This document shows, piece by piece, positions 30,222 to 39,792 of a DNA stretch of 64,000 nucleotides. The DNA lies in IMG/VR virus record IMGVR_UViG_3300046314_000711. The stretch is one strand, 5' to 3'. The notes under the pieces were generated by a model, which saw only the letters and a program-made list of their open reading frames with translations, was not told where the DNA came from and did no database searches. Position 1 is the first letter of the stretch, and each line of letters begins with the position of its first letter. This DNA comes from a virus. The position numbers and the translations under genes are program-made.

Positions 30222-30857
30222 ATGAAATTTTCTGAAATGTTTCCAGAAGTACAAGAGCTGTTTGAAATGCCGCAAAATGTATATCCAACGGAATTTGATC
30301 TAACAACTCCTACAAAAAATAAACATTTTGTTGATCAGTTTTTTGCGACGAAAAAAGCTGTAGCTATTAAGCAGTATGGCGATTACACACTGTACGAAGC
30401 TCCTCGCGCCTACGCATTGATTGATAATGACACAAAGCAAGTTGTGTACGCTGTACGATTTACACTCCAGAACAATACGTTTATTGGCCACCAGTGTGCT
30501 CAACAAGTGATGGTGTGGCGCAACACCAAAGTGTTTGAAACAGAGGGACTAGCGAAAGAAATCTTTTTCAATAGTTTGTTGCAACACTATAAAGTGATGA
30601 TCACTGATTCGATGCAGACGGAAGATGGTCAGCGATTTTGGGACAAGCGAATTCTCGAAGCACTTCGAATGGGGTTGAATGTGTATTACATTAGTCTCAT
30701 TCCTCCTCGTGAAATTACCAAAATCAATAACGACCGGGAGTATCAAGCGCTTGCATCAAGTAAAGAAATTTGGGGCAATGATAACAAACACCAGGCTCGC
30801 CGTCTCGTGATATCCTCGGTGCCACTATCGATTCGGTACAAACACATGGTCAGTTAG
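30222..30857 (+). CDS. late protein inserted in tRNA array, possible GNAT-like fold
   Basis: TAAATA at 30196; leader ending LFE; GLAKEIF...DSMQTEDGQRFW. Confidence 0.6.
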   Translation: MKFSEMFPEVQELFEMPQNVYPTEFDLTTPTKNKHFVDQFFATKKAVAIKQYGDYTLYEAPRAYALIDNDTKQVVYAVRFTLQNNTFIGHQCAQQVMVWRNTKVFETEGLAKEIFFNSLLQHYKVMITDSMQTEDGQRFWDKRILEALRMGLNVYYISLIPPREITKINNDREYQALASSKEIWGNDNKHQARRLVISSVPLSIRYKHMVS

Positions 30858-30921
30858 TTAAATGGTATAACTGCGGTTTCATACGCCACTGTCGCAAGTT
30901 CGATTCTTGCACTGACCACCA
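30848..30921 (+). tRNA. tRNA-Met/Ile2(CAT)
   Basis: ttCATac loop, ggtcagt/actgacc acceptor, CCA. Confidence 0.75.
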
Positions 30922-30985
30922 AGTATTTGTTGACTTTTGTGAAAAATAGGGTAAAATAACCATATTGACGAACAAAGGACACGAA

Positions 30986-31213
30986 ATGAAAACAACCTTC
31001 ACATCAGTTAATTACATTAAGACTTGTGGTGATCAGTATGCTAAGTGGTCACAAGGTAGTAATGCCGCAATTGATGCTGTGTTGATGGTAGTTACCGATG
31101 ACGCTGGTAATAAAGTGTACAGCGATTGCGTACGAAAAGGTGGAATGTTTATTCGTACGCTTGCTGACTGCAAACGAGCATTGCAAAGTAATTTCCGCAA
31201 TCGCTCTGTATAA
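30986..31213 (+). CDS. early hypothetical protein
   Basis: TTGACT promoter at 30930; AAGGA RBS. Confidence 0.6.
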   Translation: MKTTFTSVNYIKTCGDQYAKWSQGSNAAIDAVLMVVTDDAGNKVYSDCVRKGGMFIRTLADCKRALQSNFRNRSV

Positions 31214-31437
31214 TATAGTTGTTGACTTTTTGTAAAATAGGGTAGATAATAGACGCATATGACAAAAATCACTATTCACACTTGTGCTTACAAAGGTTTC
31301 CGCCACATCACCGTGGGCATATACCGCTAAACTGTTTGGGAAGTGCTGGAGCATTTTCTACAAAGGTCAATTGATCGGTGCTACACCAAAAGTTCGTCGC
31401 ATTGAGTTCATCATCGGGGAAACTCTGATTGCTTAAT

Positions 31438-31614
31438 ATGAACAAATACAAAGCTCTTGTCGCAAAATACGACTTCACACTGTGGTATGACCGCAGCCTA
31501 CGGTTGTGGGCGCTAACTGATAATAACGGTCAAAAAGATGCGTATTACTTCACCAAGCACTTGATTGCTTCAGTAACACTTGAAGAATTTGAAAACTTTC
31601 ACTTTAAAGATTAA
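31438..31614 (+). CDS. hypothetical protein
   Basis: Short ORF downstream of promoter at 31221. Confidence 0.45.
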   Translation: MNKYKALVAKYDFTLWYDRSLRLWALTDNNGQKDAYYFTKHLIASVTLEEFENFHFKD

Positions 31615-31615
31615 C

Positions 31616-31873
31616 ATGAAATACAAACAAACGATAATTGCAATCTCAGTCCACGCAGAGGGGGTTAATCCTATCTTTGGTGAAGGTGTTACACACGTTC
31701 GTTTGAATGACGAAGCTGGTGGGTACTTCATTGAATTGCAACAAAGTGATGATACTTCAGAAAATGGTGTTGTCAAGTTTGATCCAGCTGAATGGGATGA
31801 GCTCAACGCCGCAGTCAAGTCGCTGTTAGATAGTGTATCGATTGAAACTAATTCTACTGGTATAGTAATGTAA
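31616..31873 (+). CDS. hypothetical protein
   Basis: NPIFGEGVTHVRLNDEAGGYFI. Confidence 0.6.
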   Translation: MKYKQTIIAISVHAEGVNPIFGEGVTHVRLNDEAGGYFIELQQSDDTSENGVVKFDPAEWDELNAAVKSLLDSVSIETNSTGIVM

Positions 31874-31930
31874 GAATATTGGAAGTGTGCACCGTAGGTC
31901 TTACATAGATCATTGTAGTTGAGAGTTTGA

Positions 31931-32139
31931 ATGAAACAATGCCCAAAATGTGGAATTGCTGAATGGATGTACCAACCTGTCCCGTTAGTCTGTGACCATA
32001 TCGATGGTGATGGCGCTAACAATCAAATAAGTAACTTTAGACTAGTGTGATGCATTGTTGCCCACTTTTAAGAGTAAGAATAGAGGTAGAGGTCGTAAAT
32101 ACGACCGTGAGTACCAACGCAAGAAGAATTTGGGATAAA
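31931..32139 (+). pseudogene. HNH endonuclease remnant
   Basis: CPKCGIAEW...DHIDGDGANNQISNFRLV then stop; KSKNRGRGR tail continues beyond the break. Confidence 0.75.
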
Positions 32140-32220
32140 TGGCTGAGTGGTCTATAGCACTGCGCTTGAAACGCAGCGAATCGAAAGGTTCCGTGGGTTC
32201 GAATCCTACTTTATCCACCA
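32133..32220 (+). tRNA. tRNA-Ser(TGA)
   Basis: ctgcg-ctTGAaa-cgcag, long variable arm, CCA. Confidence 0.9.
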
Positions 32221-32224
32221 ATTT

Positions 32225-32315
32225 GGAGTGTATAGACCGACAGGGTTCGGCAGCTGTTTGGAAAACAGTTAACTGACGTAAGTTGGTTGTGATTCGATTT
32301 CACTACACTCCTCCA
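32225..32315 (+). tRNA. tRNA-Ser(GGA)
   Basis: gctgt-ttGGAaa-acagt, long variable arm, CCA. Confidence 0.8.
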
Positions 32316-32322
32316 AAAATGT

Positions 32323-32441
32323 AGCTGCTCCTGCTGGGTTGGGAGTCCTGAACAGGGTAGTAGCTGTTCGATTCAGTTGTACGTACTGTACGCGTAAATC
32401 CACACGGGACGGAGAGGTTCGAATCCTCTAGCAGCTTCACA
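32323..32441 (+). ncRNA. tRNA-like RNA with two T-loop hairpins
   Basis: agctgct/agcagct closing stem; T-hairpins at 32362-32378 and 32413-32429. Confidence 0.6.
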
Positions 32442-32447
32442 GTTAAT

Positions 32448-32522
32448 GCCATTGAAGTGTAGAAAGCGACACACTTGTTTCGTAATCAAGAGAGTGGTGG
32501 GCAGGTCACCACAATGGCACCA
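32448..32522 (+). tRNA. tRNA-Thr(CGT)
   Basis: ttCGTaa loop; gccattg/caatggc; CCA. Confidence 0.8.
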
Positions 32523-32595
32523 TCTATAAGAGTTTTCGTCCCCTGCGATAATTCTTTTAAATGGTCTGAAATAGTTTGACTATATAAGATTATAC

Positions 32596-32741
32596 GCCCT
32601 GATAGCAAAGAGGATAATGCACTCGCCTTTTCTGAGAGGATACAGACCTCTCTCCACAGGAGATTCTCACGAGTCTCCTGTCCAGGAGGATAACTCCAAA
32701 AGGTAAGCGAGAGACCGTCCGTTCGAATCGGACTCAGGGCA
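32596..32741 (+). ncRNA. tRNA-Arg-like body with ~70-nt structured insert in anticodon loop
   Basis: gccctga/tcagggc acceptor, GGATA D-loop, ctcgc/gcgag stem, gtccg-ttcgaat-cggac. Confidence 0.75.
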
Positions 32742-32752
32742 CACAAAATTTA

Positions 32753-32825
32753 GCCACCTTAGCTCATCTGGTAGAGTACTGGTTTTGTAATCCAGAGGTG
32801 GCCCGTTCGAGCCGGGCAGGTGGCA
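32753..32825 (+). tRNA. tRNA-Thr(TGT)
   Basis: ttTGTaa loop, canonical arms. Confidence 0.9.
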
Positions 32826-32834
32826 CATCACACT

Positions 32835-32908
32835 AGATCCTTAGTTTAAAAGAAGAACTCCATCCTTACACGGTGGTTGCGGCGGGGCGGTACCGTCAGG
32901 ATCTACCA
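32835..32908 (+). tRNA. tRNA-Val(TAC)
   Basis: ccatc-ctTACac-ggtgg; CCA. Confidence 0.8.
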
Positions 32909-32915
32909 AATTCAA

Positions 32916-32989
32916 GCTCAGTTATTTCAGTGGTAGAATAATTCTTTGGTAAGGAATAGACGGGAGTCCGATTCTCCCACAGAGCACCA
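32916..32989 (+). tRNA. tRNA-Thr(GGT)
   Basis: attct-ttGGTaa-ggaat; CCA. Confidence 0.8.
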
Positions 32990-32998
32990 CACATTTAC

Positions 32999-33075
32999 AC
33001 GACTGTATCATAACTGGATAATGACCAGCATTGCGAGTGCTGAGTATGGAGGTTCAAATCCTCTCGGTCGTACCA
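32999..33075 (+). tRNA. tRNA-Arg(GCG)
   Basis: cagca-ttGCGag-tgctg; GGATA D-loop; CCA. Confidence 0.8.
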
Positions 33076-33106
33076 ATAAATAAACACACGCAAATTTACA
33101 GAATAT

Positions 33107-33198
33107 GGTGGAATGACAGAGTTAGGCTTATTGTGCGTTCCTGCTAAGAACTGCGCTCCGAAGGGGGCACGAGGGTTCGAATCCCTCTTCTACCACCA
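33107..33198 (+). tRNA. tRNA-Ser(GCT)
   Basis: ctGCTaa loop, long variable arm, CCA. Confidence 0.88.
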
Positions 33199-33205
33199 TT
33201 CATAT

Positions 33206-33285
33206 CCGCCGGTACGCCGCCTGTCCTCGAAATAGGAGAAAGCTAACTGGATAACATGCAGGTTCGAATCCTGTCCGGCGGTCCA
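33206..33285 (+). ncRNA. Arg(TCG)-like tRNA with displaced D-loop sequence
   Basis: ccgccgg/ccggcgg-TCCA; cctgt-ccTCGaa-atagg; agctaactggataa lies 3' of anticodon arm. Confidence 0.6.
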
Positions 33286-33364
33286 TTTCGTATCACTTGC
33301 CAACACTATTGGCAGTGGGTATGCTTACTTACTACTAAATAGTCTAAACAACTCTCCCACTAAT

Positions 33365-34492
33365 ATGTCCTCACTACTTCAACGTCTTTCTCTAATGGCT
33401 GGTGTCACTCTCACCGAAGCTCAACTGCTGCCAAAACCCGAGTCGAGTACTTTGGACTCAGCTGATGGTAAATATACAGCTAAAAAGCTTAGTGAAGCTG
33501 CTAATGAAGTTGGTTGGTACGTAACTAATGCAAATGACAAAGAAGTTGCTGGTCCAATGAGTGAACTTAAAGCTAGAGTGAAAGCGAGAGAACTTGGCGG
33601 CGATGCAAACGGATTTGCAGTTAGTTACGTGTCTGATTATGATAATCTCCGGGCGAATGAGAGTACGGAGATTAATGAAGCTGAAGATCACTACTTTTTC
33701 GGAAGAACTTCACACGACAGGTTTAAATCCAAGGCTGAAGAAATCCACGGACCAATCGCCAAGGGTGATCGCAACTCATCTGGCAATACTCCATATTACG
33801 ACAAAGCTGGTAAACAAATCGGTCACCACAGCATTGATGGTGAAGGCGACCACACGTACCGTGTATACGCCAAGCCTTCTGTTAAAGAAGCAACTAACAC
33901 TATGCAACGCTACGGCCAGAAAATCATCCAACGAGCAAAAGAGAAAGCCGCTGCTGAAAAGAAGCTAGAAGCTGCTAAAAAAAGTGTAAAAGAAGCTACT
34001 GGTAGCAACACACCATATGGTGATTTAGCTGACTGGAAAGCTGCAGCAGCTAAAGCAGGTCTCGAAGTTTATTCACAAGGTGCAGCCGATGGTAAATACA
34101 CAGCTAAGAGAGACGGTGAAGTATACGGGCGTTTTAACAAAGAATCTGGTGAAGGTTGGATTCACTCTTCTGCAATCGTGGAGGATGCTAACTATGATGA
34201 CGAAGATGAAGATGTTCCAGAAGGTCCGTTACCACAAGGTCTTGCTGAAATCGCTCGCCATCTTGGCTTCAAAACATTAGACACACGCAATAGTGACAGC
34301 CTCGACTTCAAAGAAGTTTCTGTAGGTGGTGTAAAAAGTGCACTACTAGCTGCGTACAATCTTGGCAAAACACAAGCTACTGCTCAAGCAACGCCTGCTG
34401 AACAGCAGCCGCAGTCTGGCGGTCTTCCAGTACCGCAGGGTCGAACATCTGCTGACCACCAACAGGCAGGCCCTGTTGGCATCGCCCGTTAA
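33365..34492 (+). CDS. late multidomain protein, probable internal head protein
   Basis: TAAATA at 33336; RLSLMAG..LTE leader; repeated VKE/INE/IVE motifs; terminator at 34497. Confidence 0.65.
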   Translation: MSSLLQRLSLMAGVTLTEAQLLPKPESSTLDSADGKYTAKKLSEAANEVGWYVTNANDKEVAGPMSELKARVKARELGGDANGFAVSYVSDYDNLRANESTEINEAEDHYFFGRTSHDRFKSKAEEIHGPIAKGDRNSSGNTPYYDKAGKQIGHHSIDGEGDHTYRVYAKPSVKEATNTMQRYGQKIIQRAKEKAAAEKKLEAAKKSVKEATGSNTPYGDLADWKAAAAKAGLEVYSQGAADGKYTAKRDGEVYGRFNKESGEGWIHSSAIVEDANYDDEDEDVPEGPLPQGLAEIARHLGFKTLDTRNSDSLDFKEVSVGGVKSALLAAYNLGKTQATAQATPAEQQPQSGGLPVPQGRTSADHQQAGPVGIAR

Positions 34493-34579
34493 AATGACCC
34501 GCTTAGGCGGGTTTTTTAATGTATCGACCTTTTAAAAAGAACTATATGGTAATCGTAGTGAATTAAACTTTTGATCGAT

Positions 34580-34774
34580 ATGATTCTAATATCAAGTGTC
34601 TTGTTGTACTGTGCTGTTCAATGTGGGTTGAATACAATATTCCTTTTGCAGCAAATGCGACGAGTACTTCGTAGAGGGCGATTGCTTGCCCGCTTTGGGG
34701 TGGCAACTATTGTGCTAATCAACACAATCCTAATCATCACACTTGCTGCTATTTCAATCGGTATCCTTTGGTAA
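34580..34774 (+). CDS. small two-TM membrane protein
   Basis: Two hydrophobic stretches flanking an Arg-rich loop. Confidence 0.45.
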   Translation: MILISSVLLYCAVQCGLNTIFLLQQMRRVLRRGRLLARFGVATIVLINTILIITLAAISIGILW

Positions 34775-34962
34775 TTTTAGTGACCAAACTTTTCATCGTT
34801 GTTGCAGGGAATATCGTCAGCGATCTCAATGAGGACGCTCCTAACGCAGTTGAAGTATTTTCATCCTATGAGACAGCGGAAGCATTTGGTGCTCTGTATG
34901 ATTACTATGATGTGAAAGAACGTGATTTGGACCCTGTTGTCCACAACCAGGTATTCAACTAA
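34768..34962 (+). CDS. hypothetical protein
   Basis: 64 aa ORF; start uncertain. Confidence 0.45.
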   Translation: MVILVTKLFIVVAGNIVSDLNEDAPNAVEVFSSYETAEAFGALYDYYDVKERDLDPVVHNQVFN

Positions 34963-34989
34963 ACTACTATCCTTACTTAAAAGGATTAT

Positions 34990-37134
34990 ATGACAACCCC
35001 AGTCCAATTTGGTGGTCGTGACGCGCGTGTATATCAGGTACTAGCTCGCAATGAGGTATTGCAAGCACTCAAAGATGGTCACAGTCGAATCTGTGTTGTG
35101 TTACCGACAGGTTGCCATGCAGTTGATACGAAAATTTTAATGTATGACGGGTCAATCAAAGCTGTGCAGGATGTTGTAGTGGGTGATAGATTGATGGGCC
35201 CTGACAATCAGCCTCGTAATGTATTGCAGTTGGCTCGAGGTACTGAGCAGATGTATGATATCGTACCTAAGTCTGGTGACGTGTTTAGAGTCAATGGTGG
35301 TCACGTACTTTCGCTAAAAACCGTTAATGAAGGTACGAGTAAATGGCGACAAAGCCCTTGTTTTTTAACAGGAACTGAAGTTGTTAATGTTACTGTTACT
35401 GATTATTTGAGGTGGTCTACTGACAAAAAACGATTGCATAAAGCATATCTAGCTAACAAATTAGAATTTACTGAACAAAATCATAAAATCCCAGCATATT
35501 TAATGGGAGTATACCTCGGGGATGGAAGTAGTCGCTCGGGTGTTAGCATTACTACCATGGATGCTGAAATTGCAACAGAGTTGACAACATTTAATGATCT
35601 ACACAAACTCCGCACGATAAAACGTGAAATGCATACTCCAAATAAAGCGTCTGTGTATTTCCCTGCTGGTACAGGTCGTGTGGGAGATAATCTTTGGAGG
35701 AATGAGCTTAAACAGTTAAGCTTATTTGGGGTCACTTCTCATCATAAATTCATTCCACCTGTTTACAAAATTGGTAGTGTAGAACAGCGCTTGCAGTTGC
35801 TTGCTGGACTGATTGATACAGACGGTTCTGTCTCAAAAAACACAGTAGAGTATACAACAGTTAGCAAACAACTAGCGCAAGATGTGCAATTTGTGGCTCG
35901 TAGTTTGGGCTTTCGGTGCAATATTAAAGTATATGCTCGTAAGAATAATTACATATGCTACACAATGCATATATCAGGTGCGGGTCAAGAACTCATCCCC
36001 ACTCGATTAGCGAGGAAACAATTAACTGCACGAGCACAGCGTAAGGATGTTCTTAAAACGAGTTTTGAGGTCGTGCCTGTAGGTATTGAACAATATTATG
36101 GGTTTACTGTTGATGGGGATAATCTCTATGTTATGGGAAATTTTTTCGTAACCCACAATAGCGGTAAAACACTTACCGCTGGTATTATCATGGTCGCATC
36201 CGAATTACGTACCATTCTTGGTATTCCAGTTGGTCAACCTCTCCGCGTCCTAATGATTGCTCATAGGCATCGTTTACTGAAGCAAGCTGAAGACTCATAC
36301 AGCGCTGCAGGCATTACCGTGATCAAAGACCACAAAAATACGCCATTTCAAGTGGGGTTCACAGGTACTTGCGACAGTGTTGTCGTGTTTAATACACTAT
36401 CTACGTTCAGTGACGTACCAAAGGATCTCTGTTGGGATATTGCCATTTTGGATGAGTGTCATCACGAGAGTTGCCTGACATTTCAATATAAGCTAGAGCA
36501 AATTAGCGCCAAACCGATCATTGGTCTTACAGCAACTCCGTTGAGAGCGGATGGAGTATTGTGCAAATTCTCGAAATTCGTCGAAACGATCTCTCGTGAA
36601 GACGCTGTCGCAGCTGGTTACCTTGCGGATAGTCACCTATATTCATTCATTGACTCCCCAGCCCGTGAGCACGTTGACATGGTGATGGATATCATCAACC
36701 TCAAACAAAGTGTGCTCGGTCAGACGATGGTATTCGTCCGCACAAAGCAGGAAGCGATTGACGTCACCTCTCGTCTCGAAAAGCTGGGACTGACAGCAGT
36801 TGCTCTTGTCAATATCAAGGAAAAAACACTGAACGAAGAACTGGCTAATTTCGAAAAAGGTGCAGTGCAGTTTGTAGTGTCATGCAATAAAATTGGTGAA
36901 GGTACAGATGTCAAGGGTTGTGAGAGTGTGATTATTGGGCGTACTACACAAAGCTTGCCACTGCTATCGCAAGTTATTGGACGCTCGGCACGGAATGATT
37001 GCGAATCTCACATCTATGAGATTATTAACCCACTATCCAACAGCAACATTACAGCTAGTGATATACTGAAGCCGCAGCTGCATGAAATCTGGTACAAAGT
37101 TCGCCAACAGTGGCGTCACCACACTGTTGTTTGA
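34990..37134 (+). CDS. SF2 DExH helicase with intein
   Basis: LPTG|SGKT Walker A, DECHH, GLTATP, EGTD, QVIGRSAR. Confidence 0.9.
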   Translation: MTTPVQFGGRDARVYQVLARNEVLQALKDGHSRICVVLPTGCHAVDTKILMYDGSIKAVQDVVVGDRLMGPDNQPRNVLQLARGTEQMYDIVPKSGDVFRVNGGHVLSLKTVNEGTSKWRQSPCFLTGTEVVNVTVTDYLRWSTDKKRLHKAYLANKLEFTEQNHKIPAYLMGVYLGDGSSRSGVSITTMDAEIATELTTFNDLHKLRTIKREMHTPNKASVYFPAGTGRVGDNLWRNELKQLSLFGVTSHHKFIPPVYKIGSVEQRLQLLAGLIDTDGSVSKNTVEYTTVSKQLAQDVQFVARSLGFRCNIKVYARKNNYICYTMHISGAGQELIPTRLARKQLTARAQRKDVLKTSFEVVPVGIEQYYGFTVDGDNLYVMGNFFVTHNSGKTLTAGIIMVASELRTILGIPVGQPLRVLMIAHRHRLLKQAEDSYSAAGITVIKDHKNTPFQVGFTGTCDSVVVFNTLSTFSDVPKDLCWDIAILDECHHESCLTFQYKLEQISAKPIIGLTATPLRADGVLCKFSKFVETISREDAVAAGYLADSHLYSFIDSPAREHVDMVMDIINLKQSVLGQTMVFVRTKQEAIDVTSRLEKLGLTAVALVNIKEKTLNEELANFEKGAVQFVVSCNKIGEGTDVKGCESVIIGRTTQSLPLLSQVIGRSARNDCESHIYEIINPLSNSNITASDILKPQLHEIWYKVRQQWRHHTVV
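35113..36159 (+). mobile_element. intein with LAGLIDADG endonuclease (349 aa)
   Basis: CHAVDTKILMYDG start, YLGDG and LAGLIDTDG, ends VTHN/S. Confidence 0.95.
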
Positions 37135-37165
37135 CCCCAACCAACATTTCTAATATAGTACTCGC

Positions 37166-38197
37166 ATGATTTCAAACAAACACTTCCCTATCCTCGACTT
37201 AGTTAAATTTGAGTACGCCCATGTAACTCACATTTCACAGGCTAACATAGACTGTACTATTACTTTGGTTCGTGATGGTGAAGCAGTGAAGTACCCACTA
37301 CCATCTAGCATTTCGTATCGTCTGCGTAAATCAATCGGCAAAGTGGCGAGGTTTGCCACTCCTCACCCAATCTGCGTAGCTTGGGTGGGTGCTCGCATTG
37401 TATGTGCTGAGTGTCCTGATAAAAACGCTCTACTATCTGCTCGCAAGAACCAGTGGAAGAGTCTGATCGAAATTAATGTCACAGCATTTAAACCCCCAAC
37501 AGATGCTTACTTCGATGGTCAATACGTCTACGCGCTAGATGCTGGGCCAGAAGTATTTGATCGTAACTACGGTGTGGTTAAGTTAAGCGCTTGTTTTGAT
37601 TTGTACCACTTAAATGATATCGCATGGACAAATCCAGCACGTGCTTGCTTTGCTTACAAGAACGGACACAATTGGGTCGCTACTGCCCCTTGTACATCAG
37701 CTGCTGGTAGTTTTTTGCAGTTAGTGGTAGATGATGTCAGTGCTAGTACAGCTGCTGTATTTGACTCAATGGCTATGATTGATGCAATTCGCTTTGTCAA
37801 TCTACGCTTTGTTAATTACGCAGCAGGTCGATTAGCTGATGCGTTCGACTTTGAGGCAATTGAGCCGCTAGGTCTGCCGTTACTGATGATTGAGCACGGT
37901 ACATTCAATCTCGGGGAATTAACTCCAACAGTGCAGATGACTTGTCCTGCGCCATTGACATTCTCACAAACACTGGCTTGGTTAATTGGATTGCACCAAC
38001 GTGTGACTACGCTCGATCAGTTCATTACATTGAAAGAAGCAATTAGAATGCTATTGTCTAAAGGTTGCACCCGCAGCGCTGCGGTAATTGGGGAGGGTGA
38101 GGAACTAGCTGACGGTGCTGTAGATCTATCGAAGAATGAGGTTGTGTATTCTGCTCGCAAACAGTTCAACGGTATGGCGGTAGTTCAGTTCGTATAA
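37166..38197 (+). CDS. hypothetical protein
   Basis: 343 aa ORF. Confidence 0.7.
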   Translation: MISNKHFPILDLVKFEYAHVTHISQANIDCTITLVRDGEAVKYPLPSSISYRLRKSIGKVARFATPHPICVAWVGARIVCAECPDKNALLSARKNQWKSLIEINVTAFKPPTDAYFDGQYVYALDAGPEVFDRNYGVVKLSACFDLYHLNDIAWTNPARACFAYKNGHNWVATAPCTSAAGSFLQLVVDDVSASTAAVFDSMAMIDAIRFVNLRFVNYAAGRLADAFDFEAIEPLGLPLLMIEHGTFNLGELTPTVQMTCPAPLTFSQTLAWLIGLHQRVTTLDQFITLKEAIRMLLSKGCTRSAAVIGEGEELADGAVDLSKNEVVYSARKQFNGMAVVQFV

Positions 38198-38260
38198 CTA
38201 CGTGTGTTGCCCCCTTTTTCAAAATCCATATAATTGATCAATCTTTTAGGAGTTCTCAAA

Positions 38261-39289
38261 ATGATCGTTCGTACCCCTCACCTGGTTTCTGCTCCTGTTA
38301 GCGAATCTCGTATCGTCCGCAGCAAGTTAATTTCTCCCATCATGAACGATAAGGGATTGATCGGAATGAAAGTTGATAAGTCTTTCGATGTACCATTCGC
38401 TTCCTCGTCAAGTGAAGCTCGTCAGGTAGCAATTGGAGTTGATCCAGTTCAAGTACTAAAGCAGTATGAGAATGGTCTCTTTCACATGGCTGATGATCAA
38501 GTAGTTGACTACCGTCCCAACTCGTATGTGGGATTTGTCCACAACCCAGCCGCCCTAGCTGAGTTAACAGCTCGTATTGGTTTTTTGAAACAAGGTAATG
38601 TCCTTGTTCCACGTAACCGCACTGCCCAATTTGAACACGAAGCATTTGCGAAGGGTGGAGTATTTGATGTTGACGTCGGTTTCCGTTGGAGTGCCTTCTC
38701 ACCAGAGATTGATTCTCATTTCGAGATGATGCGAGCACTGTGCGCTAATCAGATGATTTTTGGTAAAGGTACAGTAATGTCCCGTAGCATTCCGTTGATT
38801 TCAGATTGGCAAGCCAATATGGCTATCAGCAACGACGTTCTGAAACACATCTTCCGCACTACAGTAACAGGTCGGTTGAATGATATGCCAGAAGAACGCG
38901 CATCGCTAGCAGATGCTCGCTTTTTGGAAGCAGAAATTTCTCGACGTCTTACAGATGATGAAAAACTGACAGCAGCCAGTGCCAAGTTCTTGTCAAACTT
39001 GATGGATAAAATGTCGTTTATCAAAGAAGTTCAATTGCCCAAATCACTCACTACTAATGATGTGAAACGTATTCCAGTACCTATGTCGGTATATGATGCA
39101 ATGAACATTGCAACCGAACTATCCACCCACCACAGTGATAACACACCATCGAATAAATTGAAAGCATTTGCCGTGTCGTGTATTTTTGATAAAAAGCGGC
39201 AGTCGAACATTTCTAGTGAAGAAATCTTCACTACAACTAATACATTCAACGATCCGGATCGTGCGTTCTGGGGTGAAACGGTTCACTGA
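38261..39289 (+). CDS. DUF932-like protein
   Basis: RALCANQM resembles RxxCxNG; AGGAG RBS. Confidence 0.5.
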   Translation: MIVRTPHLVSAPVSESRIVRSKLISPIMNDKGLIGMKVDKSFDVPFASSSSEARQVAIGVDPVQVLKQYENGLFHMADDQVVDYRPNSYVGFVHNPAALAELTARIGFLKQGNVLVPRNRTAQFEHEAFAKGGVFDVDVGFRWSAFSPEIDSHFEMMRALCANQMIFGKGTVMSRSIPLISDWQANMAISNDVLKHIFRTTVTGRLNDMPEERASLADARFLEAEISRRLTDDEKLTAASAKFLSNLMDKMSFIKEVQLPKSLTTNDVKRIPVPMSVYDAMNIATELSTHHSDNTPSNKLKAFAVSCIFDKKRQSNISSEEIFTTTNTFNDPDRAFWGETVH

Positions 39290-39290
39290 A

Positions 39291-39722
39291 ATGCAATTTC
39301 GCAAACGAGACCTAAAGTACTTCAATCGTGCGTTGGGCCTTGCTCATACTAGCACATATGGTGTCAAAAACATCAAGATTGGGGCTACTGTTGTTGACAA
39401 ACGTGGAAATACTTACGATGGGTGTAACAGTAAAAAATCCAACCCACTCCAATATCACCACAACAAGCGGCGATTTGACATGCACATCCATGACGGAATC
39501 ACCCACACTCTACACGCAGAAATGGCAGCAATTAAGTTAGCCATAAATAAGCGTATTGACCTAACAGGTGCATCGTTGTATGTTGCACGAGTGGGTGGCA
39601 AAGAGTCTTCTTACGGAATGTGTAGACCTTGTGCAGCGTGCATGGGTGCTGCTGTTGCTGTTGGAATCACTGATATTTTTTACACAACAGAATGTGGGTA
39701 CGCCCACGAGCGAATACAGTAG
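39291..39722 (+). CDS. cytidine/dCMP deaminase-fold protein
   Basis: HAE...CRPCAAC. Confidence 0.85.
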   Translation: MQFRKRDLKYFNRALGLAHTSTYGVKNIKIGATVVDKRGNTYDGCNSKKSNPLQYHHNKRRFDMHIHDGITHTLHAEMAAIKLAINKRIDLTGASLYVARVGGKESSYGMCRPCAACMGAAVAVGITDIFYTTECGYAHERIQ

Positions 39723-39792
39723 CACCTGGTGCTGTATAGTTTCAAGCGAATACGCAATACTACAGGGTGCCAAAAGCACCCTTTACTTTTAT

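Noticed and set aside
31258-31330. Third attenuator leader (MTKITIHTCAYKGFRHITVGIYR)
   Set aside because: No terminator/antiterminator pair follows and composition is mixed; more likely a broken small gene
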